NCBI GenBank assembly: GCA_048887225.1
Contig: JBHLJY010000006.1
Coordinates: 78,238 to 142,237 of the forward strand
DNA length: 64,000 nt
Direction of reading: 5' to 3'
Origin: Candidatus Hodarchaeota archaeon
GTDB taxonomy: Archaea; Asgardarchaeota; Lokiarchaeia; Sigyniarchaeales; SOKP01
The notes below the pieces were generated by a model. It did no database searches, was not told the DNA's origin, and was given only the letters and a program-made list of their open reading frames with translations. Both the position numbers and the translations under genes were made by a program. Below are positions 27,933 through 37,604 of the stretch, piece by piece. Each line of letters begins with the position of its first letter. Position 1 is the stretch's first letter.

Positions 27933-28439
27933 ATGAATGCAAAACAAATCTTCAGTTTATTAAGTGGAATTGTAACACTTGTGGCCACTTTTTTCTTTAC
28001 ATTGTTTAAATTTGAATTAGCAGAGAATACTTATTATGTGTCTGGAATGTATGGAATTATAAGGATTTTCCAAATGTTTCTCGATCCGATTTCGATGTTT
28101 TATATTATGGCAGTAGTTATCTTAATAATTTTTATGTCGTCGGGGGTTTTACAAATAATCGGTGTAAAAGCGCGCTTATTAACTATAGTAGGGTCGATCT
28201 TACCTCTGTTTTTTGGCATAATCATCTTATTAGATCCCTTTAATTTACTAAACAAATCATTCATAGGAATTCTCTTTATGTTAGGGGGCAAAGAATCAAT
28301 AATACCAGATATCCTTCCTTTCGTAATTCCTTTTGACTTTGTAATTTTTGAGCGTCCTGAGTCCATTGGAACTTATTTTTTAATTCTAGGAGGAATGATT
28401 GGCCTTATCAGCGGATTATTCGAACGAGGTGAAGTTTAG
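27933..28439 (+). CDS. Hypothetical membrane protein
   Basis: Four TM segments, AGGTGA SD; upstream 27837-27880 duplicates 15280-15323. Confidence 0.72.
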   Translation: MNAKQIFSLLSGIVTLVATFFFTLFKFELAENTYYVSGMYGIIRIFQMFLDPISMFYIMAVVILIIFMSSGVLQIIGVKARLLTIVGSILPLFFGIIILLDPFNLLNKSFIGILFMLGGKESIIPDILPFVIPFDFVIFERPESIGTYFLILGGMIGLISGLFERGEV

Positions 28440-28441
28440 AT

Positions 28442-29266
28442 ATGCAAAGCTCAAGATTGTTAAATTTTCTGTTAGTATTTACAATATGCTTTTTACCATT
28501 AATGTGCATTGCTTCTGCTGATGATGATAAAGAATGGTATGTTGGAATTAACGAGAATGACACATATATCTATTTAGTAACTTGGGATGGGGATCCTTAT
28601 GAAGATTTCTTGGAAGCCTTGGGTATCTTTTCTGAAGAAACAATTGAAAATATCACCGATATATTGGGTAAAGGATTTGATTTTGAGGCGTATAAAATTT
28701 ATATCTTAAAAATTAAAGAGGAAGTTGATTATACTGGTTATGAAGGGGTTCAATATTGCTACAATTTTTATACTACAGAAGATCGGGCGGAAAACGATTG
28801 GGAATTGGAAGATCATAACGAACAAGCTACCATTTTTAAATACACAGACCAAAGACAATTGTATAAATATGCTGTCCTTGAGTATGTTTGGTTTCCAATG
28901 GGCTTATCAACATACTTTATTGGAAATGACGTTGATTGGGAGGAATTAGCTGACAAGGTTAATGATAAGTTTGAAGACAGATATTCCAAAAGAGATGCTG
29001 GAGCAAGGAGAATAAACAATGGGATCTTCACTTTTTGCAAACCAGACACATTCAATAAAACCAATCTCGAAAAATTTCGCTCAAAGTCAATATTTAGTAG
29101 GCAAGGCGTTCTCACATATTACGAGTGGTCGTACGACAACGATATCATTTTGAAACTACAATTAGAAAATGCCCTAATCGTTGAATATTGGTTAATAATA
29201 CTTATCATAGCAGGGGTAGCTGTCATAATAGTGATAATTTCAATCATAAAAAGTAAAAAGCTTTAA
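28442..29266 (+). CDS. Secreted/membrane-anchored protein, paralog of the 14157-15182 ectodomain
   Basis: GINE..TYI, YNFY.TE...W..EDHN..A.I, S.F/Y.R.G.L.YY.W.YD shared; C-terminal TM. Confidence 0.78.
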   Translation: MQSSRLLNFLLVFTICFLPLMCIASADDDKEWYVGINENDTYIYLVTWDGDPYEDFLEALGIFSEETIENITDILGKGFDFEAYKIYILKIKEEVDYTGYEGVQYCYNFYTTEDRAENDWELEDHNEQATIFKYTDQRQLYKYAVLEYVWFPMGLSTYFIGNDVDWEELADKVNDKFEDRYSKRDAGARRINNGIFTFCKPDTFNKTNLEKFRSKSIFSRQGVLTYYEWSYDNDIILKLQLENALIVEYWLIILIIAGVAVIIVIISIIKSKKL

Positions 29267-29305
29267 TGTATAAGCATTTTCTTTTTGCTAATTGTAAATA
29301 TTTTT

Positions 29306-29632
29306 TTAATAGTTAAAATAACTTTTATTAAATTCATCTTTCTTAGTCTTGACTTTACAGACAACACATTCTAAATTACCATTAGAGAAAAATTTCAAAC
29401 TAGGATTGCCGCAACGTTTACAAAAGATATAAATAGAATCTTTTAAACTTTCGTTCTTAACCTCAACCTTTTGTTCCTTATGTGGAATGAATGAAAAATT
29501 GTCAGATAGTTTTTTAATTTTTATCCAATAACGTTCGTTGTTGTCAAATACAACTAAGACAGATCCCATTAAAATATGGAGGATTTTTCCTCTACGACAT
29601 ATTACATCTTGATTAGATTCATTAATTGACAT
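29306..29632 (-). CDS. Hypothetical protein with C-terminal Zn finger
   Basis: CKRCG...CVVC. Confidence 0.6.
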   Translation of the reverse strand: MSINESNQDVICRRGKILHILMGSVLVVFDNNERYWIKIKKLSDNFSFIPHKEQKVEVKNESLKDSIYIFCKRCGNPSLKFFSNGNLECVVCKVKTKKDEFNKSYFNY

Positions 29633-29732
29633 CCATTTCTACCTAAGAGAGCAATGAAAAAATAAAATAGCCTTAAATTAAAATTTTTTTTATTTTATAT
29701 AATTTAATTATTTTAAAAAAAGGTGTTAAGAA

Positions 29733-30518
29733 ATGGTGGAAAAATTTCTTGAAGGAAAAGGAGCTCTCATTACTGGGGGAGCCTCTGGATTTGGAAGGGG
29801 TGTAGCCTATGCATTTGCAGAGAGAGGGGCAGATTTAGTTTTAGTAGATATTAATGAAAAACTCTTAGAGGAAACAGCTAAAAAGGTAGCTCAAGCATCT
29901 GGACAAAAAGTAATTCCTATTGTATGTGATGTTTCGAAATCCGACCAAGTAGAAGTAATGGCAAAGCAAGCATATAGAGATTTAGACAATGTGTACATAT
30001 TGTTTAACAATGCTGGAATAGGGGTTGCCTATGGAAGAAATATATGTAGAGTTAAAGAACCAGATTGGGATAAAATAATGGCAGTTAATCTAAAAGGTCA
30101 GTGGTTAATTGCAAAATCGTTATGGCGAAAAATGAAAGCTCAAAAATTTGAAAATGAATCATTATCAGGTAAAATAATATGCACATCATCCATCGCTGGC
30201 TTGGAATTGCCACCTATACTTCCTGCATATAGTATAACTAAAGTGGGTGTAATTGCTCTAGCGAAATTATTAGCCAAAACTTTAGCTCCCAATATTACTG
30301 TAAACACCATATTACCAGGCATTCATGTGACTGGAATCTATATGAATGACGAAGATTTAGTAAATAAATTAATAGAGATTCAAAAAATTAAAATTCCATT
30401 AGGTAGAATTGGCACAGTTGATGATGTTACTAATTTAGTATTGTTTCTAGCATCACCGGCTTCTGATTACATAACTGGTCAATCTATTCCTGTTGCTGGA
30501 GGTCTTGCTATAATCTAA
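29733..30518 (+). CDS. Short-chain dehydrogenase/reductase (FabG-like)
   Basis: TGGASGFG, NNAG, YSITK, YITGQ. Confidence 0.93.
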   Translation: MVEKFLEGKGALITGGASGFGRGVAYAFAERGADLVLVDINEKLLEETAKKVAQASGQKVIPIVCDVSKSDQVEVMAKQAYRDLDNVYILFNNAGIGVAYGRNICRVKEPDWDKIMAVNLKGQWLIAKSLWRKMKAQKFENESLSGKIICTSSIAGLELPPILPAYSITKVGVIALAKLLAKTLAPNITVNTILPGIHVTGIYMNDEDLVNKLIEIQKIKIPLGRIGTVDDVTNLVLFLASPASDYITGQSIPVAGGLAII

Positions 30519-30695
30519 GACGATCTTTATATTAAGGAGAAGACAATTCATTAATTCAAGATGCCGATCTCAGACCTCCTAATCATGTTAATAGAACATA
30601 TATCCAAAAAAGTAATGATAAGGATTTAAATATTGCCTTGACTATTGTAATTAGTAATGAATTAAAAATAATATAATGAGAAAAAGGACTAAATA

Positions 30696-32543
30696 ATGAT
30701 ATCAGACAGAATTTTATTAACCACTCCTTGCTACCCGTACCCTACGCTCCCAGCCAATGATTCCCTCACAGATGCTATGGGTCAACGCTTTACCCATAAA
30801 GATGATATCTTTACAGTAGTTTCACATACACATTGTTATGCAAACCATATTTTAGCTCAGAATATCGATATTCCCGCTACTTTGCTTGAATATCCTAGAT
30901 GGGACAATTTTACCGAAGAAGTTGATAAAGGCTATGCCACAATCGGCATCAGTTCGTTTCCAGTTCATCTTGATATGGTCATGAAAATGTGCGAATACAT
31001 CCGAAAAGTATCCCCTGAAACAAAAATACTCTTAGGTTCCTATGGGGCTCAGGCATTTGATGCACAATACGACGAAGAGACTAAAAAAAAATATGTGGAC
31101 CATGTGGTAAAAGGTGAGGGTGTAAGATGGCTTCGTGAATATTTAGGTGAGGATACAAAACGCCCTATATCACAAAAGTTAATGCCTAAATGTGGTGGTG
31201 CACCAGCATTTCTCAATATGGACGCTAGAGGCGGTATGGGTTTTGTAGTCACAGGATTGGGTTGTCCTGGAGGTTGTGATTTCTGCTCAACAACCGAAAT
31301 GTATGGCCATAAACGTATTGAATTACTTTCACCAGAAGATTTTGTTGACCATGTTGAACTTTATCGAAAACACTTCCCGGGTCTGGGAGCAATTTTTGTA
31401 ATCGAAGAAGATCATTTCCGCCATCCTCGATGGCTCATCAAAACTAAGGAAAGATGGATGCACAACAAAGATCTCATAGAAAACGTTGACTGGACTGGCT
31501 TTGGATCAGTGGATTTTATCTGGCATTTTGCGAGTAATTATGGGTGGGATGCCATTCCTGAGACAGGAATGGGTGCGGTTTTCATTGGTGTAGAATCCAA
31601 GTTTGCGGGTGAACATGGTTATAAAAAAACTAAAGAAGCTGATGCTCGAGAAGTGTTTCATAAGCTTCATTCAATGGGCATTCGTACACTTGGTGCGTGG
31701 ATATGTGGTTGGGATTTTCATAACCATTCAAATATGTATGAGGATCTTAACTATTTTGTTGCTTGTAAACCTACTTACCAACAGCTAACTCGCCTGTCTC
31801 CTTTTCCAGGTACCGATTTATGGTGTAAGCTTAAAGATCAAGGACGTGTAATGAACGTTCCTTGGGAAGATGTACATTTTTGGAGCGGTGCGCAGAAAAA
31901 TATCTCTATGGAGACCCATGAAACGTTGAATCTGACAGAATATGGGTATGACTTAATATACAATACGTGGGGTCCATCAATGCTTAGGAGGCTTGAAGTT
32001 TCACTCAACGGTTATGAATATTGCATGAATTCTGATAATCCCTTGATGAGGGATATCAGATCCAAATTATTGAAACGATCTTCTGTGGTAACTTGGTTGA
32101 TGACAGGTGCAATGGATCGATTTGCTCCGAATGGTGTTGTGAGACGACGAGTCTTAAAAACAGATGAAAGATTTAGGGACCTTATTGGTGAACCTACTCC
32201 AATGATGGAATTAATTTCGCGTAATATTGAACAGAGTGCTTTGAAATTTAAAATGAAGCATATGTTTGATCCATTTAATCGAAAACCAAGGGAACAACCA
32301 GCTAAGAAATATTTCTATGAAAAGGATGGATCCATTAAAGATGATGATATTCCTTACATAACAGAGTATCCAAATAAAATTCCGAGAAAAATTCGGAGAG
32401 CTGCTAAGATTAATAGTTATAAATATAAGCTCTTTGGCAAAATCTTAGGTGCTAGGTATAGAGTTAAATCGAGAAAAAGATCAAACGAGTTAGATCAAAT
32501 AATAATGAACTTTATAGGAGGACAAAGCTACGGCGGATTCTAA
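30696..32543 (+). CDS. Radical SAM protein with N-terminal B12-binding-like domain
   Basis: GCPGGCDFC (CxxxCxxC), V.GEGV, IGVES, LSPFPGT. Confidence 0.82.
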   Translation: MISDRILLTTPCYPYPTLPANDSLTDAMGQRFTHKDDIFTVVSHTHCYANHILAQNIDIPATLLEYPRWDNFTEEVDKGYATIGISSFPVHLDMVMKMCEYIRKVSPETKILLGSYGAQAFDAQYDEETKKKYVDHVVKGEGVRWLREYLGEDTKRPISQKLMPKCGGAPAFLNMDARGGMGFVVTGLGCPGGCDFCSTTEMYGHKRIELLSPEDFVDHVELYRKHFPGLGAIFVIEEDHFRHPRWLIKTKERWMHNKDLIENVDWTGFGSVDFIWHFASNYGWDAIPETGMGAVFIGVESKFAGEHGYKKTKEADAREVFHKLHSMGIRTLGAWICGWDFHNHSNMYEDLNYFVACKPTYQQLTRLSPFPGTDLWCKLKDQGRVMNVPWEDVHFWSGAQKNISMETHETLNLTEYGYDLIYNTWGPSMLRRLEVSLNGYEYCMNSDNPLMRDIRSKLLKRSSVVTWLMTGAMDRFAPNGVVRRRVLKTDERFRDLIGEPTPMMELISRNIEQSALKFKMKHMFDPFNRKPREQPAKKYFYEKDGSIKDDDIPYITEYPNKIPRKIRRAAKINSYKYKLFGKILGARYRVKSRKRSNELDQIIMNFIGGQSYGGF

Positions 32544-32742
32544 TATTCGCTAAACAAGCTTATCTATATTTTATCTAATAATCTTAAAACGTAAAAAGTA
32601 ATTACTAGATAATTTTTTTTTGGTTTTTAATTGGTTTTACCTATTTAAATCCTTATTTTAAAAGTTTTTATAATTCTTAAGATATTTTATAAACTATACT
32701 ATTATAAAAAAACCAAATAATTGACCGTTTAGGTAAGAAGTA

Positions 32743-33765
32743 ATGATAAAAACAAAAATAACTGATATGTTTGGGATAAAATATCCCATTCTTAGCGCAC
32801 CAATGGGTCCCTTTTATACAACTGATTTAACGATTGCCGTTTCCGAAGCGGGTGGACTGGGGACGTTAAGCCATGTAACATTGCTTGGAAAAAATTCCAT
32901 AGAAGATATGAAAGAACAGATTAATAAAGTAGTTGAGGGTACCGATAAACCATTTGGTGTAAATATACGGACAGCAAGGATTCAAACAGATCATAAAATA
33001 TTGTTAAGAAAAATTGCAGAATGGCGTAAAAAAAATCCAAAATTGCGAGAACAATTAATTTATGGACTAACAAGTGCGGGGGGTTCAAGAACAGCAAGTC
33101 AAATATGGAAAAAATCTGCTCCCGATATATATCATTTTCATGTTGCACCAGCTTTATGGTTGGTTGATAAAGTATTTGCTGCGGGATGTGATGGTGTTGT
33201 TGCTACAGGTACGGAAGGTGGAGGGCACCAATCTTATGAAGGTGTCACCACATTAGTTTTGGTATCACAAGTAGCTCAAAAGTATCCAGAAAAGCCATTA
33301 ATTGCTTGTGGAGGAATTGCTTCCCCAGAAAGCGTAGCAGCTGGTTTAGCTATGGGTGCTGATGCGGTTGCTATGGGAACTCGATTTATAGCTTCAAGAC
33401 AAAGTGAATTTCACGCTAATTATAAAGCGCTTATTCCTCCAGCTACAGCCAAGGATACAATGCTTACTACAGGAGGATTCGGTCCAATCCGCCTATTAAA
33501 AAACAAATATTGCTTAGAACACGGTGAGGTAATAACTAAGGAACAAAAAATAGCTCAAGAATTAGCTTATGATTTAGATAGATTCCTTGAGGATTTAAAT
33601 AAGTATATGATTGTGTATACAGAGGGAGATGTGGAAAATGGCGCTATTCCGGTTGGACAGACCGTCGGCATGATTGATTCGATAATGGACGTAGATGATA
33701 TTGTATCAGGATTCACTAAAGAAGCAGAAAAAATCTTGAAAAACCTTTGTTCAAAAATCTCTTAA
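32743..33765 (+). CDS. Nitronate monooxygenase / FabK-like FMN enoyl reductase
   Basis: YPILSAPM, VSEAGGLG, EGGGH, ACGGI, AMGADAVAMGTRF. Confidence 0.9.
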   Translation: MIKTKITDMFGIKYPILSAPMGPFYTTDLTIAVSEAGGLGTLSHVTLLGKNSIEDMKEQINKVVEGTDKPFGVNIRTARIQTDHKILLRKIAEWRKKNPKLREQLIYGLTSAGGSRTASQIWKKSAPDIYHFHVAPALWLVDKVFAAGCDGVVATGTEGGGHQSYEGVTTLVLVSQVAQKYPEKPLIACGGIASPESVAAGLAMGADAVAMGTRFIASRQSEFHANYKALIPPATAKDTMLTTGGFGPIRLLKNKYCLEHGEVITKEQKIAQELAYDLDRFLEDLNKYMIVYTEGDVENGAIPVGQTVGMIDSIMDVDDIVSGFTKEAEKILKNLCSKIS

Positions 33766-33899
33766 ATCCTTTTTTTTTTGTTTTTTAAGGGGTTCGAGTT
33801 TTTTATAAAAAATCTATAAATAAAATCTTTATAACTAACCTTATCAATATTAGTTATAACAAGTTAATTTATCTAAAAAAATAGATAGAAGATACAATT

Positions 33900-35609
33900 A
33901 TGTCAAAATATAGTGAAAGATTTTGGAAAAAGAATTGGGATCCTGGTTTAGAAGATCTAGATCCAAGTTTGTGGGAAACATCTTATCCTGATGCGGTTAG
34001 AAGTACCTTCAAAGATTTTCCAGAAAAAGTTGCGTTGACATTTCAAGGGTTAGAAATTCCTTTTAAGGATGTCGACAAATATTCTAATCAGTTTGCTAAT
34101 ATGTTAATTGAAAATGGATTTGAGAAGGGTGATATTGTAGGAATTAATTTACCAAATATTCCTGAATACGTTTACTCTTTTCTCGGTACGCTTAAGGCAG
34201 GGTGTGTCGTTTCAGGAGTAAGTCCACTTATGTCAGATGTTCAAATGCACTATCAAATAAATGACTTAGGAAGTAGCGGGAATAATGTAGCATTAGTTAC
34301 GTTAGACGCCATTTTTCAGCATAGATTGAAAAATATTGAATCAAAATTACCACAGCTTAAACTTGTAATAACCACAAGCGTCATTGGATCTTTTCCAAAG
34401 GAACAACAAGAAAAAATCAAAGCGGTGAGAGATATTCCTTCTGGAGAAGTTACTCCATTAGAAGGAAAAACAGTTCTTGACTTTTGGGATGATGTTTTAG
34501 CGAAATATTCAACAGAAGAGCCAGGTGTTAAAGTATCTCCTGACGATTTGGGATTTATCCAATACACTGGAGGAACTACAGGACCCCCAAAAGGAGCAAT
34601 GTTAACGCATAGAAATATCGTGTCAGACCTTTTAATTATTCAAACATGGCTTGGGTGGGAACGAGGAGCAGGAGTTGCTTTGTCTGGATTCCCTTTCTTC
34701 CACATTGCTGGATTATACTTCTGCGAGAATTGTATTTATTTAGGCTGGACACAATGTTTAATTGCTGACCCCAGGGATGCGTTGTACATATGTAATCAAA
34801 TAAAACAATATAAACCAACTGCCCTTGTGAACGTACCCTCACTTTTTCAGATTTTAATAAATTTCCGAAAATTTAAGAGGTTAGATCATTCAAATTTAGA
34901 TGTTTGCATTTCTGCCGCTTCTCCCTTTCCGAAAGAATCTCAAAAATTATTAGAAAGCATAGTTGGTGAGGGAAAATTATGTGAAATGTACGGAATGACG
35001 GAAACCTCACCACTAACAGCTTCAAATCCTTATAAAGGAGAACGGAAATTAGGATCCATTGGAATGCCACTTTTAAACACAGAACTAAAACTAGTAGACC
35101 CAGATACAGGAGAAGAGGTCCCACTAGGTGAAGCTGGAGAAATATGTGTACGAGGGCCCATGGTTATGAAAGGTTATTTAAATAAACCAGAAGAGACTAA
35201 AAAAGCAATTGATGCTGATGGATATATGCATACTGGAGATGTGGCAATGATGGGCGAGGATGGTTATCTAAGAATTGTCGATCGTACTAAAGACATGATA
35301 ATTGTAGGTGGTTTTAAGGTATTTTCTTCGAAAGTAGAAGAAGTATTAACTAAGCATCCAGCGGTTGGAATGCTTGCCCTAATTGGACTGGCTAATCCTG
35401 ATCGCCCTGGTTCTGAAATTGTCAAGGCTTTTATTCAAATAGACCCAGATTATGAATTTGATGGAAACAAGGAAGCGTTAAAAGAAGATATTATTAAGTT
35501 TGCTAAAGAGAATTGTGCACCATATGAGGTTCCTAAAATAATTGAATTCAAAGACGAATTACCTCTAACTGTTGTGGGTAAAATCGATAAAAAGCTTTTG
35601 AGAGAGTAG
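33900..35609 (+). CDS. Long-chain fatty acid-CoA ligase
   Basis: YTGGTTGPPKG, YGMTETSP, TGD, DRTKDMI..GG, GKIDKK. Confidence 0.93.
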   Translation: MSKYSERFWKKNWDPGLEDLDPSLWETSYPDAVRSTFKDFPEKVALTFQGLEIPFKDVDKYSNQFANMLIENGFEKGDIVGINLPNIPEYVYSFLGTLKAGCVVSGVSPLMSDVQMHYQINDLGSSGNNVALVTLDAIFQHRLKNIESKLPQLKLVITTSVIGSFPKEQQEKIKAVRDIPSGEVTPLEGKTVLDFWDDVLAKYSTEEPGVKVSPDDLGFIQYTGGTTGPPKGAMLTHRNIVSDLLIIQTWLGWERGAGVALSGFPFFHIAGLYFCENCIYLGWTQCLIADPRDALYICNQIKQYKPTALVNVPSLFQILINFRKFKRLDHSNLDVCISAASPFPKESQKLLESIVGEGKLCEMYGMTETSPLTASNPYKGERKLGSIGMPLLNTELKLVDPDTGEEVPLGEAGEICVRGPMVMKGYLNKPEETKKAIDADGYMHTGDVAMMGEDGYLRIVDRTKDMIIVGGFKVFSSKVEEVLTKHPAVGMLALIGLANPDRPGSEIVKAFIQIDPDYEFDGNKEALKEDIIKFAKENCAPYEVPKIIEFKDELPLTVVGKIDKKLLRE

Positions 35610-35685
35610 AATAAAAAAAATAAAATAATTTTGTTTTTTTCTTCTTAATTAAATTAAATCCTAAAATCAAATAAATAATATTTTT

Positions 35686-37479
35686 TTATTTTCCATGTTT
35701 TACTTTGTATAATGGATCTGCTTCTTGTAATGCTCTTCTCTGAACTTTTCCGATTAAATTTTTAGGAATATCTTCGATGAATTCAAATATAGCGGGGACT
35801 TTCCAATATGCCATATTTTCTTTAGCCCATGCTTTTAAATCATCTTCCGTAATTTTGCCAACAAATTCTGGCTTTAGCAATATCCATGCCTTTGCTATTT
35901 CTCCAACTTCACCTTCAGGATCGGGTAATCCTGCAACAGCAGCTTCAGAAACAGCATCATGTTTCATGAGCAATGTTTCAACTTCAGTGGGAAAAACCGA
36001 ACGACCAGCCATTTTGATCAATTGCTTTTTTCGGTCCCGTATTTTCACGCAACCATCATCTCTCATGAACCCAATATCACCTGTAAGAAGCCATGTACGT
36101 CCATCCCAAGTTTTTAATGTATCAGCAGTTGCTTCTGGCCTATTCAAATACTCTTTCATTACTTGAGGGCCACATACACAGATTTCTCCAACGTGTTCCT
36201 CTCCATATTTCGAACCAGGCAACCCATCAGCAATAGGACCCTTCTCAAAATCATCAGGATCAAAAATCCCCCAGTCTGTACCTGGTATAGGCATTCCAAC
36301 TGTACCAATTGGACTTTCACCAAATAAATTTCCTGCACTAGAAACACAAGTGGATTCTGTTAAGCCATAACCCTCCACTACTCTACCCCCTGTTCTTTCT
36401 TGAAATTTCTTTTGAACCGGTAAGTGTAATGGACCTGCTCCTGAAACACACAATTTCAGTTTTCCCGTTAGATTTGGGAATTGACTAAGATCTGGAAAAT
36501 CAGCGATTCTTTTAAAAAGAATTTCAGCTCCAGGATAAGCAAAACCTTGTGGTGAGGGCATATCATTAATAGTTTTAAGTAATTCTTCTGTAGGTGGTGG
36601 TCTTGTAAATAATAGCATCCATCCTCCTGCAGTGATAGCAGCATTCAATACAGCTGTTATTGCAAATGCATGAAACATAGGCAAGACACCGATAACTCCC
36701 ATACCAGGTTGTTCTCCTCCTAATACTAATCTAACTTGCACTGCATTACATATTATATTAAAATGAGTTAACACTGTTGCCTTAGGAATCCCGGTTGTGC
36801 CTCCTGTCATTATATATGTTCCAGTATGTGTGGTAGGATCAATTTCCACATCAGGAACGCTTGGCTCAGTCGTGAAAAGCTCATAAAAATTATAAGATGG
36901 ATCAAAATCAATTTTGCCCTTCCGTATTTTACGAGTCTTCCTAGCTATAAATTCCTTAAAACTTTTTGGTCCAGAAACTAAGTCAGCTACATTTGTATAA
37001 ATTATCAATTCAATGGTGGTTTTATCTATAATTTGTTTAACTAATAGATTATACATGGCCTCTAAAGTAATCATAGCTTTAGCTCCTGTAATTTCTAAAT
37101 GATGTAAAACTTCAATAGGTTTATAAGTAACATTTATACCAGTTGGAATTAGGCCAATTTTAACACATGCATAAAAACATATGGGATACTGAAAGCAATT
37201 AGGCATAAGGAGTGCTACAACATCTCCTTTTCTTAATCCTAAATTATGGAGGCTTGTTGCAACTATATCTATCGCTTCACCGGTCTCTTCGTATGTCATC
37301 CAAGAGCCTAAATAATGAATTAAATTAGAATTCGAGTATTTTTTGCGTTGCCGATCAAAGAATTCTCCTAATGTAATTTTTTCGAAATCGTAGTTTTTAG
37401 GGACATTCTCTGGCCACCATTTTTTAAACCAAGCTTTATCTTCATTAACTTGCCATTCTTTAGCCATATTCATAACCAT
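35686..37479 (-). CDS. Long-chain fatty acid-CoA ligase
   Basis: MTGGTTGIPKA, EGYGLTE, TGDIG, DRKKQLI, GKVQRR. Confidence 0.93.
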   Translation of the reverse strand: MVMNMAKEWQVNEDKAWFKKWWPENVPKNYDFEKITLGEFFDRQRKKYSNSNLIHYLGSWMTYEETGEAIDIVATSLHNLGLRKGDVVALLMPNCFQYPICFYACVKIGLIPTGINVTYKPIEVLHHLEITGAKAMITLEAMYNLLVKQIIDKTTIELIIYTNVADLVSGPKSFKEFIARKTRKIRKGKIDFDPSYNFYELFTTEPSVPDVEIDPTTHTGTYIMTGGTTGIPKATVLTHFNIICNAVQVRLVLGGEQPGMGVIGVLPMFHAFAITAVLNAAITAGGWMLLFTRPPPTEELLKTINDMPSPQGFAYPGAEILFKRIADFPDLSQFPNLTGKLKLCVSGAGPLHLPVQKKFQERTGGRVVEGYGLTESTCVSSAGNLFGESPIGTVGMPIPGTDWGIFDPDDFEKGPIADGLPGSKYGEEHVGEICVCGPQVMKEYLNRPEATADTLKTWDGRTWLLTGDIGFMRDDGCVKIRDRKKQLIKMAGRSVFPTEVETLLMKHDAVSEAAVAGLPDPEGEVGEIAKAWILLKPEFVGKITEDDLKAWAKENMAYWKVPAIFEFIEDIPKNLIGKVQRRALQEADPLYKVKHGK

Positions 37480-37604
37480 TTTAATTCACCTTATAGAATT
37501 TTTTAATATGTAAATAACTTTTAACTTTTGGATAAAATGTTCAAATAATAATATTGCTAGTATTCTATTTAAGATTTTAATATATATTAGGTACAAATTT
37601 CCAT

